A stretch of DNA of 64,000 nt, from positions 10,852,001-10,916,000 of the forward strand of contig NC_086101.1 in NCBI RefSeq assembly GCF_963921235.1, given 5' to 3'. The stretch comes from Mobula hypostoma. Its lineage: Eukaryota. The notes under the pieces were generated by a model. The model was not told the origin of the DNA and did not search any database. It was given only the letters and a program-made list of their open reading frames with translations. Positions within the stretch are counted from its first letter, which is position 1. The number at the start of each line of letters is the position of its first letter. The position numbers and the translations under genes are program-made. Shown piece by piece: positions 61,890 through 64,000 of this stretch.

Positions 61890-64000
61890 TTTCTTTTTTT
61901 TTCTTTTACTTTTTTCATTTGTAATCTTTTTATTAATTATTACTGAAAATCAACAAAGAAAATTAAGGTAATCAAATCAACATATCAAAATGTATAATAA
62001 GAATTAAATTATCAAATAACTGATTAACAAAGTTAAACAATATATCAATAATTATAGGAAAAAACAAAATATTAAAACTACATTTTTTGGAAAAAATTGA
62101 GGGAAAAAAGAACCCCTACAAACTAAAACAAAAAAAAACCCTAAAAACCCCTACTAACAAAAAACTGAAAAAAACCATTGGGAGTACAACCCTGGAGCTA
62201 TACGCCAGACAAGCTTCCATAAAAGAAAAACATCAATCTGCCAACTAAATCCATTTACACAAGAATCAGAAGGGGACCACCTTAATTAACTGAAATCAAA
62301 TGACAGTAGCGGGCAAAAGAACCCCACCTTTACTCAAAGTCAAATTGAGGATCAAAAGTTGGACTTCTGATTTTCTCCAAACTAATACATAACATCACCT
62401 GAGAGAACCATTGTATCACAGTGGGAGCAGAAGCATCTTTCCATTTCAATAAAATAGCCCTTCTGGCCAATAATGTAACAAATGCAATTACATGTTGGTC
62501 TGATATAGAAATACCGTGAATATATTGAGGGATTATATCAAAAAAAACTATCAATTTATTAGGTTTTAATTTAATTTTCAAAGCTTTAGAAATTGTAGAG
62601 GAAATAGATTTCCAAAACTGTTTCAACACTGAACACGACCAAAACAGTATTGGGGGTATGTTATTGATGTGGATAGAGAATTGCTGGCAGACAGGAAGCA
62701 AGGAGTGGAAATAAATGGGACCTTTTCAGAATGGCGGGCAGTGACTAGTGGGGTACCGCAAGGCTCAGTGCTGGGACCCCAGTTGTTTATAATATATATA
62801 TTAATGACTTAGACGAGGGAATTAAATGCAGCATCTCCAAGTTTGCGGATGACGTGAAGCTGGGCGGCTGTGTTAGCTGTGAAGAGGATGCTAAGAGGAT
62901 GCAGGGTGACTTGGATAGGTTAGGTGGGTGGGCAAATTCATGGCAGATGGAATTTAATATGGATAAATGTGAGGTTATCCACATTGGTGGCAAGAACAGG
63001 AAAACAGATTATGATCTGAATGGTGTCTGATTAGGAAAAGGGGAGGTGCAACGAGACCTGGGTGTCATTGTACGAGACCTGGGCATGCAGGTACAGCAGG
63101 CGGTGAAAAAAGCGAATGGTATGCTGGCATTCATAGCAAGAGGATTCAAGTACAGGAGCGGGGAGGTACTACTGGAGTTGAACAAGGCCTTGGTGACACC
63201 ACACCTGGACTGTTGTGTGCAGTCCAGTTTTGGTCCCCTAATGTGAGGAAAGACATTCTTGCCATAGAGGGAGTACAAAGAAGGTTCACCAGATTGATTC
63301 CTGGGATGGCAGGACTTTCATATGATGAAAGACTGGATCAACTTGGCTTATACTCTCTAGAATTTAGAAGATTGAGGGGGGATCTGATTTGAAACGTATA
63401 AAATCCTAAAGGGATTGGACAGGCCAGATGCAGGAAAATTGTTCCCGATGATGGGGAAGCCCAGAACGAGGGATCACAGTTTGAGGATAAAGGGGAAGCC
63501 TTTTAGGGCTGAGATGAGGAAAAACTTCTTCACACAGAGAGTGATAAATCTGTTCAATTCTCTGCGACAGGAAACAGTTGAGGCCAGTTCATTGGCTATA
63601 TTTAAGAGGGAGTTAGATATAGCCCTTGTGGCCAAAAGAATCAGGGGTTATGGAGGGAAGGTAGGTACAGGGTTCTGAGTTGGATGATCAGCCATGATCG
63701 TACTGAATTGCGGTGCATGCTCGAAGGGCCGAATAGCCTACTCCTGAACCTATTTTCTATGTTTCTAAAACATATGTGTTAATGTAGCTGTCTCACTCTT
63801 ACATCTATCGCACTATCAACAGATGGAAATACTTTAGACAGTCTCTCCTTTGTCAAATAGTAACGATGTACAATTTTATATTGAATTAGAGAATGACTGG
63901 CACAAATCGAAAAAGAGTTAAGCAACTTCAAAATTCGCAACCAATCCTCTGTTATCAAAGTCATGTTAAGCTCTCTTTCCCAATCTTGCTTAATCTTAAG
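61890..64000 (-). mobile_element. Second copy of the same L1 family (3' end), interrupted by a CR1
   Basis: Collinear with 50020-50980 ([31 protein letters not shown]). Confidence 0.88.
62647..63766 (+). mobile_element. 5'-truncated CR1 with a 6-bp TSD, inserted in L1
   Basis: AAAACA at 62641-62646 and 63767-63772; the other L1 copy has a single AAAACA (50743-50748). GVPQG and FADD motifs; TTCTATGTTTCT tail. Confidence 0.9.

Noticed and set aside
1..64000. CRISPR arrays, tRNA/rRNA genes or prokaryotic systems
   Set aside because: No repeat-spacer arrays or operons; the tRNA-like sequences are SINE heads and a PBS.

Overview
This is vertebrate genomic DNA. The repeat content (abundant CR1, V-domain SINEs, Penelope-like and Rex/Babar LINEs) suggests a cartilaginous fish, probably a ray or skate; that assignment is inference. 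The left half holds the 3' part of one spliced + strand gene that the ORF track mostly misses. Its exons are a transmembrane exon (45-164), two paralogous 33-bp micro-exons (6817-6849, 14258-14290), a 27-bp micro-exon (21353-21379) and a terminal B30.2/PRY-SPRY exon (29142-29695), all joined in phase 1. This is a butyrophilin-like architecture, with any Ig-domain exons lying upstream of the window. The introns contain CR1, Rex/Babar and Penelope fragments, a Sleeping-Beauty-like Tc1 element whose empty site survives in a local duplication, a Gypsy remnant, and multi-kb C-rich polypyrimidine tracts located at rearrangement junctions. The right half is intergenic and made of nested TEs: a class I ERV int/env remnant, three co-oriented CTCF-like sites, an inverted duplication, and L1s interrupted by CR1s. 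It also holds a very young non-autonomous Gmr1-like LTR retrotransposon (near-identical LTRs, 4-bp TSD, one 942-aa Gag-PR ORF with a gutted pol) nested in an older related solo LTR. Most long ORFs in the track between 9 and 20 kb are low-complexity artefacts. TE boundaries were read by eye and are approximate unless a TSD is quoted.
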